A DNA stretch of 32,000 bases from Candidatus Peribacter riflensis (lineage in GTDB: Bacteria > Patescibacteriota > Gracilibacteria > Peribacterales > Peribacteraceae), in assembly GCA_001430755.1 (NCBI GenBank), contig CP013062.1, forward strand, positions 480,001 through 512,000, given 5' to 3'. Position numbers and translations under genes: made by a program. Positions within the stretch are counted from its first letter, which is position 1. Every line of letters starts with the position of its first letter. Below, one piece after another: positions 15,736 through 24,311 of this stretch. The notes under the pieces are model-generated. The model searched no databases, was not told the origin of the DNA, and saw only the letters and a list, made by a program, of their open reading frames with translations.

Positions 15736-17192
15736 TTCGTGTACCGCATCGGCTGGCTCAGTGTTTTGAACGGGATGACTTCGACCACCAGTGTGCGTCG
15801 GCCATGAGGCAGCACGCCCACTTCGGCGCGGCCGTTCTGAAAGTCTAAGACCGAGAGCGTGTCGGGCTGGAAATCGGCGGTGCCGAAGGCGGCGCGCAGC
15901 ACGAGATCACGTTCGAAGGCGGGTGACGTCACGACATTGCCCTGCGCATCGAGCAGCGTGAGGCGCATGCGCTCCCAGCCGCGCTCGTTGTAGACACCAT
16001 CGTGCGCAATCTCCACTGACACCACAGTCGAGCTGGCCGCGGCCGGAACATCCCGATCGTTCAAGACCACCACTTCACGCCTCTGCACGACTTCGGGCAG
16101 AGCAGGCGCTGCAGAAGATGCCACAGAGGAGACTGCAGATGCCGCGCTGTGCACCGCTACGGTCGTCACGCGCTGTGTCAGCCGCTCTGCGCGTCGCTGT
16201 GCGACACGCGATTGCACGCGCGCGATCCACGTCTGGCTCGTCACGCTCGACGCAGCAGCAGAGCTCTGGACTTTGGTCTTTACGTCCGCAACGGTCGTCA
16301 CCGGCGCGTAATTCGCCTGGGTGAAGAGCAACGGGTTCACCGTGAACGAGAGACCGCGATCAGCGTGGAATCCCCTGTTGATGGCCGCAGTGGTCGACAG
16401 ACCTGCCGTGCGCAGCTCTTCGGACGTAAAGGGCCAGTAGGGATGCCATGGCGCATCCTCACGGTCGATCTGAAAGTGCAGGTGCGGGCCCGTGGCATCA
16501 CCCGTCATCCCCGAGAGAGCGATCTGCTCCCCCTTCTCCACAATGTCGCCGGGGTTCACGAAGGTCGTGCTCAAGTGGGCGTAGTTCGAGTAGAGCACGG
16601 TGGTCTCACTGGGACGGCTGGGATCGGGGATATGCGGGTGGCGAATCACCACGGTCCTGCCGAAGCCGGTGGCATCTTTCACCTCGCTCACGATGCCGCT
16701 CGCAACCGCGCGCACCGGCGTGCCGATGGGCACGCGGATATCCACAGCCGGGTGGCTGCCGGAACGCTCGGTGCCCGAGACGTACGACCCCATGTAGCCT
16801 ACCGAGTAGATGACCCGAGCCGTTTCGTCGTTGAGGTTGGACGTGTACTGCGGCAGAGGAATGAGCAGATCAGCCGGCACCTCGCGGAACGTGTGTTCCT
16901 GGGGATTGCCTCCGTAGCGGGTCCAGCGGGTGTAATCGGGGACGAGAGCGATGGGCGTGACTGTGCCCGTGTAGACGATGAGGCTATCATCATCGTGACC
17001 CAGAACCGATTTCCAGAAGACCTGCCATCCATGCTGACCGATCATGTTGCCGGTGACGAAGGCGAGCAGCGAGAGGATCGCCACCCAAAAGGAGGCGCGC
17101 TGCGCCAGATAGTGGAACGCATGAGGTTCCACATGACGGTGCAGAGGGGTCGCGCCGAATCCCAAAGTTTTGCGGGCAACGAGGGTGGTCAT
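15732..17192 (-). CDS. M23 family (LytM-like) peptidoglycan metallopeptidase
   Basis: An N-terminal TM helix is followed by HPAVDI...GTPV...G...FGRTVVIRHP...YAHLS...G.TGDATGPHLHFQI (HxxxD and HxH zinc motifs). Confidence 0.85.
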   Translation of the reverse strand: MTTLVARKTLGFGATPLHRHVEPHAFHYLAQRASFWVAILSLLAFVTGNMIGQHGWQVFWKSVLGHDDDSLIVYTGTVTPIALVPDYTRWTRYGGNPQEHTFREVPADLLIPLPQYTSNLNDETARVIYSVGYMGSYVSGTERSGSHPAVDIRVPIGTPVRAVASGIVSEVKDATGFGRTVVIRHPHIPDPSRPSETTVLYSNYAHLSTTFVNPGDIVEKGEQIALSGMTGDATGPHLHFQIDREDAPWHPYWPFTSEELRTAGLSTTAAINRGFHADRGLSFTVNPLLFTQANYAPVTTVADVKTKVQSSAAASSVTSQTWIARVQSRVAQRRAERLTQRVTTVAVHSAASAVSSVASSAAPALPEVVQRREVVVLNDRDVPAAASSTVVSVEIAHDGVYNERGWERMRLTLLDAQGNVVTSPAFERDLVLRAAFGTADFQPDTLSVLDFQNGRAEVGVLPHGRRTLVVEVIPFKTLSQPMRYTK

Positions 17193-17242
17193 GGATGTTG
17201 TTTTGCTGGTATCTATAATAACATTTTGCTACATTTTCGTCA

Positions 17243-18259
17243 ATGAGCGATCTGGTCACACTTTGGCTGAGAGATGCGGAAATCACGTCCTCCGCCGGGG
17301 CGTCACTCGCCCATACGCTCTACCGCATTCCGGTGACGATTTGGATGACGGGTCCGCTGGGTGCCGGCAAGACCACGTTCCTGCAGGGACTGGGGCGGGA
17401 ACTGGGAATACCGCAGAGACTTCTGAGCCCCACATTCGCCTTAGAACAGCGGTACCACACCAGGCAATGCGGCGAATTACTGCACATCGATCTGTACCGG
17501 CTTTCGCCGAACGATGCGCAGCATCTCGTGCACTCTTCAGATCACCACACGGGCATCCGCTGCATTGAGTGGGCGGATCGCCTGCAGGAATCCCCTGCAC
17601 AGGAAGGCATCGACATCACGCTCGCAGAACGGCCGGATGACACAGGCAGGGAACTCACCGTGTCTTTTCGGGATCTCGCCCTCCCCTCCTTTGAACAGAT
17701 CAGCACGTGGCGGGAACAATTCTTTCTCTCACGCGTGATCATCCGCCACTGTGATGCGGTGGCGAACGCAGCTGTGCGGCTGGGTGAGGAGTTGCTGAAG
17801 CGGGGGCAGATCATCCGTCTGCAGGCTCTGCGGGCGGCGGCGCAGGTGCATGACTTGCTCCGGTTCGTTGATTTTCATCGCGGTGCGGGCCACATCGAAG
17901 AAGAGATCCTCCCGGAGCGCGCGCAGAAGTGGGAGGAGGTCAAAGCCCTGTACCCGGGGCTGCACCACGAGGCAGCAGTGAGCCGCTTTCTCATCGGGCA
18001 GGGGTTCCCCGAGCTTGCCGAGATCGTGCGCGTGCACGGTCTCACACTGGCAGATGCCACCCGCGTCACCATCGAGCAGCGCCTGCTCTACTACGCCGAC
18101 AAGCGCGTGAAGATCGACGAAGTGGTGAGCCTGGAGGAGCGGCTGCGCGATTTCACCGAGCGGTACAGCCACCTGGGAAAGCTTCGGGAATCGGATGCCT
18201 GGTACGACGAAGCGCGTAAAACGGAGCGCTCTCTCTTCCCCGATGGGCCACCGTTCTGA
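17243..18259 (+). CDS. tsaE: TsaE (t6A ATPase) fused to a C-terminal HD-domain phosphohydrolase
   Basis: The N-terminal half carries the P-loop GPLGAGKTTF, SPTFALEQRY and HIDLYRL. The C-terminal half of about 190 aa has RHCDAV...AAQVHDLLRF...HHEAA...VRVHG (H...HD...H pattern). Confidence 0.75.
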   Translation: MSDLVTLWLRDAEITSSAGASLAHTLYRIPVTIWMTGPLGAGKTTFLQGLGRELGIPQRLLSPTFALEQRYHTRQCGELLHIDLYRLSPNDAQHLVHSSDHHTGIRCIEWADRLQESPAQEGIDITLAERPDDTGRELTVSFRDLALPSFEQISTWREQFFLSRVIIRHCDAVANAAVRLGEELLKRGQIIRLQALRAAAQVHDLLRFVDFHRGAGHIEEEILPERAQKWEEVKALYPGLHHEAAVSRFLIGQGFPELAEIVRVHGLTLADATRVTIEQRLLYYADKRVKIDEVVSLEERLRDFTERYSHLGKLRESDAWYDEARKTERSLFPDGPPF

Positions 18260-18271
18260 CACACTGTCCGT

Positions 18272-19042
18272 ATGTTGCTCTCCTCCCCCCTGTTCCTCAC
18301 GCTCGCCAGCGTCTTTCTGGTGAGCTTTGTCTCCCTCTCGGGGGTGATGCTCTTTGCCCTGCAGGAGAAAATCATCCGCAAATCACTCCTCGTGCTCGTG
18401 GGCTTCTCCGCCGGAGCGCTCCTCGGCGACGTGTTCATCCACATGCTGCCGGAGATGGTGGAGGAGGCACAGGAACACCCGTTCTCGCCGTTCCTGCTCA
18501 TGCTCGCCGGTATGCTCCTCTCCTTCGTCATTGAAAAGGTCATCCACTGGCGGCACTGCCACTGCTCCGCCCTGCCCCTCGCCTCCGCGCACATGCATCC
18601 GGTCGGGGTGATGAACCTCGTCGGCGACGGCATTCACAATTTTCTCGACGGCGCGCTGATTGCGGGCAGCTACCTCTTGAGCCCCACGATCGGCATCGCC
18701 ACGACGGTGGCCGTAGTCCTGCACGAGATCCCGCAGGAGATCGGCGATTTCGCCGTGCTGCTCTACAGCGGATTCTCCACGCGCCGCGCGGTCGCCTTCA
18801 ATCTGCTCTCAGCGGTGGCTGCCTTTGCGGGGGCGATCCTCGTGCTCTCGTTCGCCTCCCCTCTCCCGTTCCTAGGCTCGCTGCTCCTGCCGATCGCCGC
18901 AGGAAACTTTCTCTACATCGCAGGGGCGGACCTGATGCCGGAGTTGCACAAAGAGACCCGCCTGCCGCAGGCTGCCCTGCAATTTCTCGTCATCCTGCTC
19001 GGGCTCGGTACCATGCAGCTCCTCACGCTGCTGGAACGATGA
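18272..19042 (+). CDS. ZIP family divalent metal (zinc) transporter
   Basis: Polytopic membrane protein with the HEIPQEIGDFAVLL signature and a His-rich loop (HWRHCHC). Confidence 0.85.
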   Translation: MLLSSPLFLTLASVFLVSFVSLSGVMLFALQEKIIRKSLLVLVGFSAGALLGDVFIHMLPEMVEEAQEHPFSPFLLMLAGMLLSFVIEKVIHWRHCHCSALPLASAHMHPVGVMNLVGDGIHNFLDGALIAGSYLLSPTIGIATTVAVVLHEIPQEIGDFAVLLYSGFSTRRAVAFNLLSAVAAFAGAILVLSFASPLPFLGSLLLPIAAGNFLYIAGADLMPELHKETRLPQAALQFLVILLGLGTMQLLTLLER

Positions 19043-19052
19043 GCGTAGCTCT

Positions 19053-19646
19053 CTAGAGACGCCAGGGAATCATCTCGCGCACAACGGTGAGGACGAGATC
19101 GCCGGTGGAGACCAGGAGAATCGTGGGGGCCGCGAGAAGCAGGATCAGCGTAGAGACAATGAGAAATATCTGGAGCTTCTCGGCTGCAGAGAACCCCTGC
19201 CCGATACGGATGTGAATCGTGCGCAGGTGTTCCCCGATGCGCAGCAGCACCACAAGAAAGCGATGCAGAATTTCAAATTTCGGCAGAAAGACTCCCGCGA
19301 ACCGCGCGAGGGTGAGGTCGGCACGCACGATGCCGCTCGCGGCGACGATGCCGATGGTATGGTGCAGGTAGACGGAGAACGTGAGTGCGACGGAGAGCAG
19401 CAGAAGGTCGAGCAGACTCTCACGGAATGTTCCCTCCAGTGTTCTCGCCCAGGAGAGACTGTGCACTTCGCGGTACTTCACGAGATCGAGCGCAACGTGC
19501 ACGGCAATGAGCAACGCGAACGCTCCGAGGTTCAAGAGCGCGGCGAAGACGACGGTGAGCACGAGGTATCCCGCGTGGAAAGCAGGCAGATCATCGTGTT
19601 CGTGCGCGAAGTGCCGAAGCGCGAGCAGAGCGGTGTGGGTGTGCAT
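19053..19646 (-). CDS. hypothetical membrane protein (197 aa)
   Basis: AGGAG (complement of 19649-19653) lies 2 nt before the ATG. TATAAT (complement of 19657-19662) sits just upstream in an AT-rich spacer. The product has a His-rich N-terminus and several TM segments. Confidence 0.65.
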   Translation of the reverse strand: MHTHTALLALRHFAHEHDDLPAFHAGYLVLTVVFAALLNLGAFALLIAVHVALDLVKYREVHSLSWARTLEGTFRESLLDLLLLSVALTFSVYLHHTIGIVAASGIVRADLTLARFAGVFLPKFEILHRFLVVLLRIGEHLRTIHIRIGQGFSAAEKLQIFLIVSTLILLLAAPTILLVSTGDLVLTVVREMIPWRL

Positions 19647-19718
19647 TACTCCTATTATTATACAATGTTTTCTATTTTATGTGAAATATGAATATTCCGG
19701 CTCTGCACAAACGCGTGC

Positions 19719-20996
19719 CTACGTGCGCACAATGGATCGGATATGCTCCAGACGCTCCTTTACCTCCCCCTCAAACCCACGATCCGTCGGTTCGTAGAAT
19801 GCGCGCGGTTCCATGCCGATGGGAAAGTAGTGCTCCTGCACGACTCCCTTTTGATCGTGATGCGGATACTGGTAGCCCTTGCCGTAGCCCTGATCGGCCA
19901 TGCCTTTGATCGGCGCATTGCGTAAATGCATGGGTACTTCCAGCGTCGGAGCCGTGCGCAGCACCTCGCGGGCACCCGCCATCGCGCGTGTGATCGCATT
20001 CGATTTGGGTGCCTGGCTTAAGTAGATACAGGCATGGGCGAGAAAAAATTCCCCCTCGGGCAGCCCGACAAATTCGAACGCCTGCCACGCCGCCATGACC
20101 ATCTGCAGTGCGCGCGGATCAGCATTGCCGACATCTTCGCTGGCGAAGATCGCCATGCGCCGAAAGAGGAAGCGCGGCTGCTCCCCGCCCGCGAGCATCT
20201 TGAACATCCACAGCAGCGCCGCATCGCAGTCGCTCCCGCGCATGCTCTTGATGAAGGCGGACACCGTATTGTAGTGCTCCTCGCCGTTGCGGTCGTAGCG
20301 CTTGCCGTGCTCGTGAAAGAGGCGTGTGACCTCTGCAATCGAGAGCTTCTTGCCGGCAGTGAGCACCGCCATCTCGAGCAGGTTCAAGGCAATGCGAGCG
20401 TCCCCGTTGCTCAGCTCCGCAATGTACGTGAGCGCATCGTCACTCACGTTCACCGCTCCTCCGTACCCCTCCTTCTCTTTCAGGGCACGCTGAAGAATCA
20501 TCTGCAAATCCGGAACGGAGAGAGGCGTGAGCAGGTACACCTGCGACCGCGAGACCAAAGCGGCATTCACCTCAAAGTAGGGATTCTCGGTGGTCGCTCC
20601 GATGAGGATCACCGTCCCGCTCTCGACGTACGGAAGCAGGGCATCCTGCTGGCTTTTGTTGAACCGATGGATCTCGTCGATGAAGAGCACAGTACGCTGC
20701 TTTAAGCCCGTGAAGAGCTGCTCGGCCTCGGCACAGACCTCGCGGAGTTCTTTGACGCCGCTCAACACGGCATTGATCTGCACGAAGTGCGCGTGCGTGC
20801 ACTCCGCCACGATCTTCGCGAGCGTGGTTTTGCCCGTCCCGGGCGGTCCGGCGAGAATGATGGAGGAGAGCGTGTCTCCTTCGAGTGCTTTGCGCAGAGC
20901 CGTCCCCTCTCCCACGACGTGCGACTGCCCCACAAAATCCTCAAGGGTCTTCGGGCGGAGACGGAAGGCCAGTGGAGCGGAATCAAGTTTTGGCAT
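19719..20996 (-). CDS. rarA: replication-associated recombination protein A (MgsA/RarA AAA+ ATPase)
   Basis: Contains LRPKTLEDFVGQ, Walker A GPPGTGKTTLA, FIDEIHRFNK and the MgsA C-terminal domain (YLSQAPKSN...YQYPH). Confidence 0.92.
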   Translation of the reverse strand: MPKLDSAPLAFRLRPKTLEDFVGQSHVVGEGTALRKALEGDTLSSIILAGPPGTGKTTLAKIVAECTHAHFVQINAVLSGVKELREVCAEAEQLFTGLKQRTVLFIDEIHRFNKSQQDALLPYVESGTVILIGATTENPYFEVNAALVSRSQVYLLTPLSVPDLQMILQRALKEKEGYGGAVNVSDDALTYIAELSNGDARIALNLLEMAVLTAGKKLSIAEVTRLFHEHGKRYDRNGEEHYNTVSAFIKSMRGSDCDAALLWMFKMLAGGEQPRFLFRRMAIFASEDVGNADPRALQMVMAAWQAFEFVGLPEGEFFLAHACIYLSQAPKSNAITRAMAGAREVLRTAPTLEVPMHLRNAPIKGMADQGYGKGYQYPHHDQKGVVQEHYFPIGMEPRAFYEPTDRGFEGEVKERLEHIRSIVRT

Positions 20997-21182
20997 TGTG
21001 AGGATAGGATAACAGGTATTGGAACAGCTTCTTAGCTGATTAGCTGGTGAGCTTTTTAGGTCTTTGTTGCACTTCCACTCACGATTGTTCCCCTCATCAC
21101 TTCCATTCCTCGCAAGCTAAGAAGCTACTCATACACACGTAGCTCAATGAGGGGAAATATGATAAAATGGAGAACGTTCTGT

Positions 21183-21569
21183 ATGGCCGACTTCTTACAG
21201 ACCATCGGGCAACAGCAGCCGCTCTCCGAAGCCGAGCAGAAAAAGGCGGGGCAGTCGCAGGCGGCGCCGATGGGTGCTGAGCACGAAGATTTCATGCGCA
21301 CCATTCTGCAATTGCTCGACTCAAAACAGATCGACGTCTCGAAGCCGCAGTCCATTCTGAAGATGGAGGTCTACAACCGCCTCGACGAGGAGTGGAAGGG
21401 CAAGGTGGATCTTGCACTCGTGAACATTGCCGACTTGCTCGGGCACATCGTGGAATTCCGGCTCTCGAAGAAAACTCCCGATGCATCATCCGAGCTGCAG
21501 TCGATGATCGAATATCTCTGGCAGATGAAGCAGCGCATCGAAGAGTTCCATGACGTCTTCAAGTTCTGA
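21183..21569 (+). CDS. hypothetical protein (128 aa)
   Basis: I prefer ATG 21183 (MADFLQTIG...), with GGAG about 13 nt upstream, over the track start at 21147. No family recognised. Confidence 0.5.
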   Translation: MADFLQTIGQQQPLSEAEQKKAGQSQAAPMGAEHEDFMRTILQLLDSKQIDVSKPQSILKMEVYNRLDEEWKGKVDLALVNIADLLGHIVEFRLSKKTPDASSELQSMIEYLWQMKQRIEEFHDVFKF

Positions 21570-21584
21570 TTCCCTCCCTTTCCG

Positions 21585-21833
21585 ATGACAGACAAACACG
21601 TGAAAACAACCGAGAAGCCCGAAGAGAACCTGCGAGAGAGTCCTTCCAAGTTGAACGATGCCGCAAAGAAATCGCCAGATCTGCCTCCGCAGGTGCGCGA
21701 GCTCGTGCAGGCGGAAGAGCAGGAAGAGCAGGGGGTGATCCGGGGGACGCGTGCAGCCCTGGCGCAGTTGTCCGGCCGTCTGCCGCCTCCGAAGCTCTCA
21801 CCGGAACAGAAACTGGAGCGGTTCGTCGCATGA
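21585..21833 (+). CDS. hypothetical small protein (82 aa)
   Basis: Follows the previous gene after 15 nt. The product is charged and Pro-rich, with no motif recognised. Confidence 0.4.
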   Translation: MTDKHVKTTEKPEENLRESPSKLNDAAKKSPDLPPQVRELVQAEEQEEQGVIRGTRAALAQLSGRLPPPKLSPEQKLERFVA

Positions 21834-21845
21834 AAGAAGCGCTCC

Positions 21846-22844
21846 TCACTGTCTTCCCTCTCCCCCTGGGAGAGGGTGGTGCAAAGCACCGGGTTGCGGG
21901 ATGGGTGAGGGAGCGATCCAGCGAATCCGCTCATCCTCTCTCCACCACGTCATCTGCCGCCTGGCGTACTGGCGCGCCTTTGCCGTGATGGCCTGCTTCA
22001 GGGCCGCATCTCTACGCACCTCCTCCACGGAAGCCTTCTGGAGCCGCTCTGCAATGTCACGGTACCCGTGGCTCTGCATACCCGGATCCTCCGCGCTGTA
22101 CCCATGCTGCAGCAGGGACGACACTTCCTCCACGAAGCCCTCTGCGAACATGGCTTCGGTGCGCGCGGCGATGCGGCGGTGCAGTTCCTCGCGCGGGAGG
22201 GCGAGGCCCATGAAGAAGAGATCTTCGTCAGATGAAGTGTTTTTTTTCTTGGCATGCTTCAGCGTCCTGCCGGTGACGAGGCACACTTCCAGCGCACGCA
22301 GCAGGTACACGCTGTTGCGCGGATCGACGGAGAGCGCCCCTTCGGGATCGAGCTCCTGCAACTCTGCGAAGAGGGCAGCCGGCCCCTCCGTCTGCAGGCG
22401 CTTTCTGAGCGTTTTGCGCAAGGAAGGATCAGCACGATCCACGAACGCCAGATGGTCAACGATCGCGCTCACGTAGAGCATCGACCCTCCGACCAAAAAC
22501 GGCACATGTGCTCTCTGCCGGATCTCCCCGATCACACGCTCCGCCTCACGCTTGTACCATGCCGCAGTCACTTCTTTCTTCGGATCAAGCTGATCGAGAA
22601 GGTGATGCGGAATCCCCTGCATGTCCTCTGTGCGAATCTTGGCCGTGCCGATATCGAGAGCGCGGTAAAGCTGGCGCGAATCGGCATTGATGATCTCCAC
22701 GGTCTTCCCCTCCTCCGAAAGAGCGTGTGCCAGCGAGATCGAAAGTGCGGTCTTGCCGCTCGCCGTGGGTCCGACGAGCACGAGGAGTGGACGTTTTGCA
22801 GTCGTGAGAAATGCCCCGATGTCAGTGATGATCGACGTCTCCAT
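21846..22844 (-). CDS. miaA: tRNA dimethylallyltransferase
   Basis: Internal ATG 22844 (METSIITD...) of the 571-aa track ORF. P-loop GPTASGKTALS, INADSRQLYRALDIGTAKI and MiaA-like sequence continue throughout (332 aa). Confidence 0.9.
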   Translation of the reverse strand: METSIITDIGAFLTTAKRPLLVLVGPTASGKTALSISLAHALSEEGKTVEIINADSRQLYRALDIGTAKIRTEDMQGIPHHLLDQLDPKKEVTAAWYKREAERVIGEIRQRAHVPFLVGGSMLYVSAIVDHLAFVDRADPSLRKTLRKRLQTEGPAALFAELQELDPEGALSVDPRNSVYLLRALEVCLVTGRTLKHAKKKNTSSDEDLFFMGLALPREELHRRIAARTEAMFAEGFVEEVSSLLQHGYSAEDPGMQSHGYRDIAERLQKASVEEVRRDAALKQAITAKARQYARRQMTWWREDERIRWIAPSPIPQPGALHHPLPGGEGRQ

Positions 22845-22989
22845 TCGCCCGAATCGTACTGGTATTGAGGGAAAAAACCGAAATGTACTCTCAACTTTAC
22901 ATTCCTCCGCACCACATTCCTCTGCTGGCGCCAACTGCCGGGAAAACACAAAAAGAAGTATAATTCTTGCGAGGTTTAAAGGAATCAAT

Positions 22990-23028
22990 CCCCTACTCCT
23001 AACCCTAACCCTAACCCTTCCCCTATCC
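22990..23028. repeat. telomere-like (CCCTAA)n-type repeat directly upstream of clpP
   Basis: cccctactcctaaccctaaccctaacccttcccctatcc. The C-tracts at 23003-23023 fit C3-TAA-C3-TAA-C3-TT-C4. The repeat ends 2 nt before the clpP ATG. Confidence 0.85.
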
Positions 23029-23030
23029 AC

Positions 23031-23675
23031 ATGCATCCCAAGCTCTCTTCGATCGCAGCCCAGATCTCGCGCGGAACGCTCACGCCACAGAACTTCCTCA
23101 TTCCGACAGTGATCGAGAAGACGCAGTTCGGGGAGCGCGTGTACGACATCTACTCCCGCCTGCTCGAGGACCGCGTCGTGTTCCTCGGTACAGCGATCAA
23201 TGATGACGTTGCGAACTCCATTATCGCGCAGCTCCTCTTCCTCGAAAAAACGAACGCCAAGAAAGACATCACCCTCTACGTGAACTCCCCCGGCGGACAG
23301 GTCACCTCCACGCTCGCCATGTACGACACCATGCAGTACGTACAGCCCGATATCTCCACGGTCTGTCTGGGCATGGCTGCCAGCGGAGGCGCGATCATCC
23401 TCATGGGCGGCGCCAAGGGCAAGCGCTTCGCCCTGGACCATGCCGAGATCATGATTCACCAGCCGCTCGGCGGAACAGAAGGCCAGGCCACGGATATCGC
23501 CATCCACGCCGACCACATCATCCAGACCAAGAAACTGCTCAATGAGCTCATTGCCCAGCACACGGGCAAGCCCGTGGAACAGGTAACGGCCGACACCGAG
23601 CGCGACAAGTTCCTGTCTGCCAAAGAGGCGCTGAAGTACGGGCTCATCGACCGGATCGTGACAAAGGGAGCCTGA
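23031..23675 (+). CDS. clpP: ATP-dependent Clp protease proteolytic subunit
   Basis: [31 protein letters not shown], catalytic-Ser motif GMAASGGA and IMIHQP are present. It has an N-terminal extension of about 22 aa. Confidence 0.95.
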   Translation: MHPKLSSIAAQISRGTLTPQNFLIPTVIEKTQFGERVYDIYSRLLEDRVVFLGTAINDDVANSIIAQLLFLEKTNAKKDITLYVNSPGGQVTSTLAMYDTMQYVQPDISTVCLGMAASGGAIILMGGAKGKRFALDHAEIMIHQPLGGTEGQATDIAIHADHIIQTKKLLNELIAQHTGKPVEQVTADTERDKFLSAKEALKYGLIDRIVTKGA

Positions 23676-23686
23676 GTGCCTCTCAT

Positions 23687-23719
23687 CAAAAAACGCAGCT
23701 GGAATGCGTGATGATCACG
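23687..23719 (-). terminator. putative intrinsic terminator for the 23761..24195 gene
   Basis: The minus strand reads GCGTGA-TCA-TCACGC, then ACGCA-TTCCAGC-TGCGT, followed by TTTTTT (complement of 23687-23692). Confidence 0.5.
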
Positions 23720-23760
23720 CGGTTCTTCCAGCCACGTTTTGAGAAACGGGAACGAGGGGG

Positions 23761-24195
23761 CTACTTCTTCGTGCAGCACTCCTCATCAGAGCAGCAACAC
23801 TTGAGCAGCTTCACGACGAGAATGAGCGCAATCAGCCAGATGATCGCATTGATGGCTGCAGGCATGGTGTTGCTCAGCGGCACGCCGGCGAGCACGGACT
23901 TGAGCAGCATACCGGCCGGAATTGATCCGATAGCGACGGCAGCAGCCCAGGTCGCCACTTCGGGGAACATGCCGAGCACGAGCAGCGCTCCGCCGACGAT
24001 CATGAGCGCGGGGAGGAGGTAGGCCCAGAGCACGCCCAACATCGTCAGGGCACCGAGATCTTCGCTCACCATGCCCACGAAAGATTCGAAGGTCATGTAG
24101 TGGACGAGGCCGACGAAGAGGAGGGAGAGACCCAAGCTCGCGCGGGCGACCGTCCCGACGATACAGGTGGGGCATCGGGGCAACGACAGTTGCAT
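23761..24195 (-). CDS. hypothetical membrane protein with a C-terminal Cys cluster
   Basis: Internal ATG 24195 (MQLSLPRCPTC...) of track ORF 23761..24255. It has four hydrophobic segments and ends in KCCCSDEECCTKK. The start is uncertain. Confidence 0.5.
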   Translation of the reverse strand: MQLSLPRCPTCIVGTVARASLGLSLLFVGLVHYMTFESFVGMVSEDLGALTMLGVLWAYLLPALMIVGGALLVLGMFPEVATWAAAVAIGSIPAGMLLKSVLAGVPLSNTMPAAINAIIWLIALILVVKLLKCCCSDEECCTKK

Positions 24196-24311
24196 AGAGT
24201 GGAGGGGAAAAGAAACAGTTTGGAAAAGTATGGAGACAGCTTCGATCTTGTACAATATATTTGTTCACAATGGACGAATTCCGCAAGGCAAAATCCAGTA
24301 GTCTATGGCCG

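Noticed and set aside
16149-17246. A 365-aa + strand ORF
   Set aside because: It is antisense to the M23 peptidase gene, which has clear zinc motifs. The product is Arg-rich shadow-ORF sequence. The same reasoning applies to 12094..12885(+), 3289..4167(-), 1353..2225(-), 20034..20705(+), 24303..25139(-) and 2054..2536(+).
21846-23561. The 571-aa track ORF taken as a single gene
   Set aside because: Only the last 332 codons (from ATG 22844) are MiaA-like. The upstream 239 codons run antisense through the intergenic repeat and clpP, which is unambiguous on the + strand.
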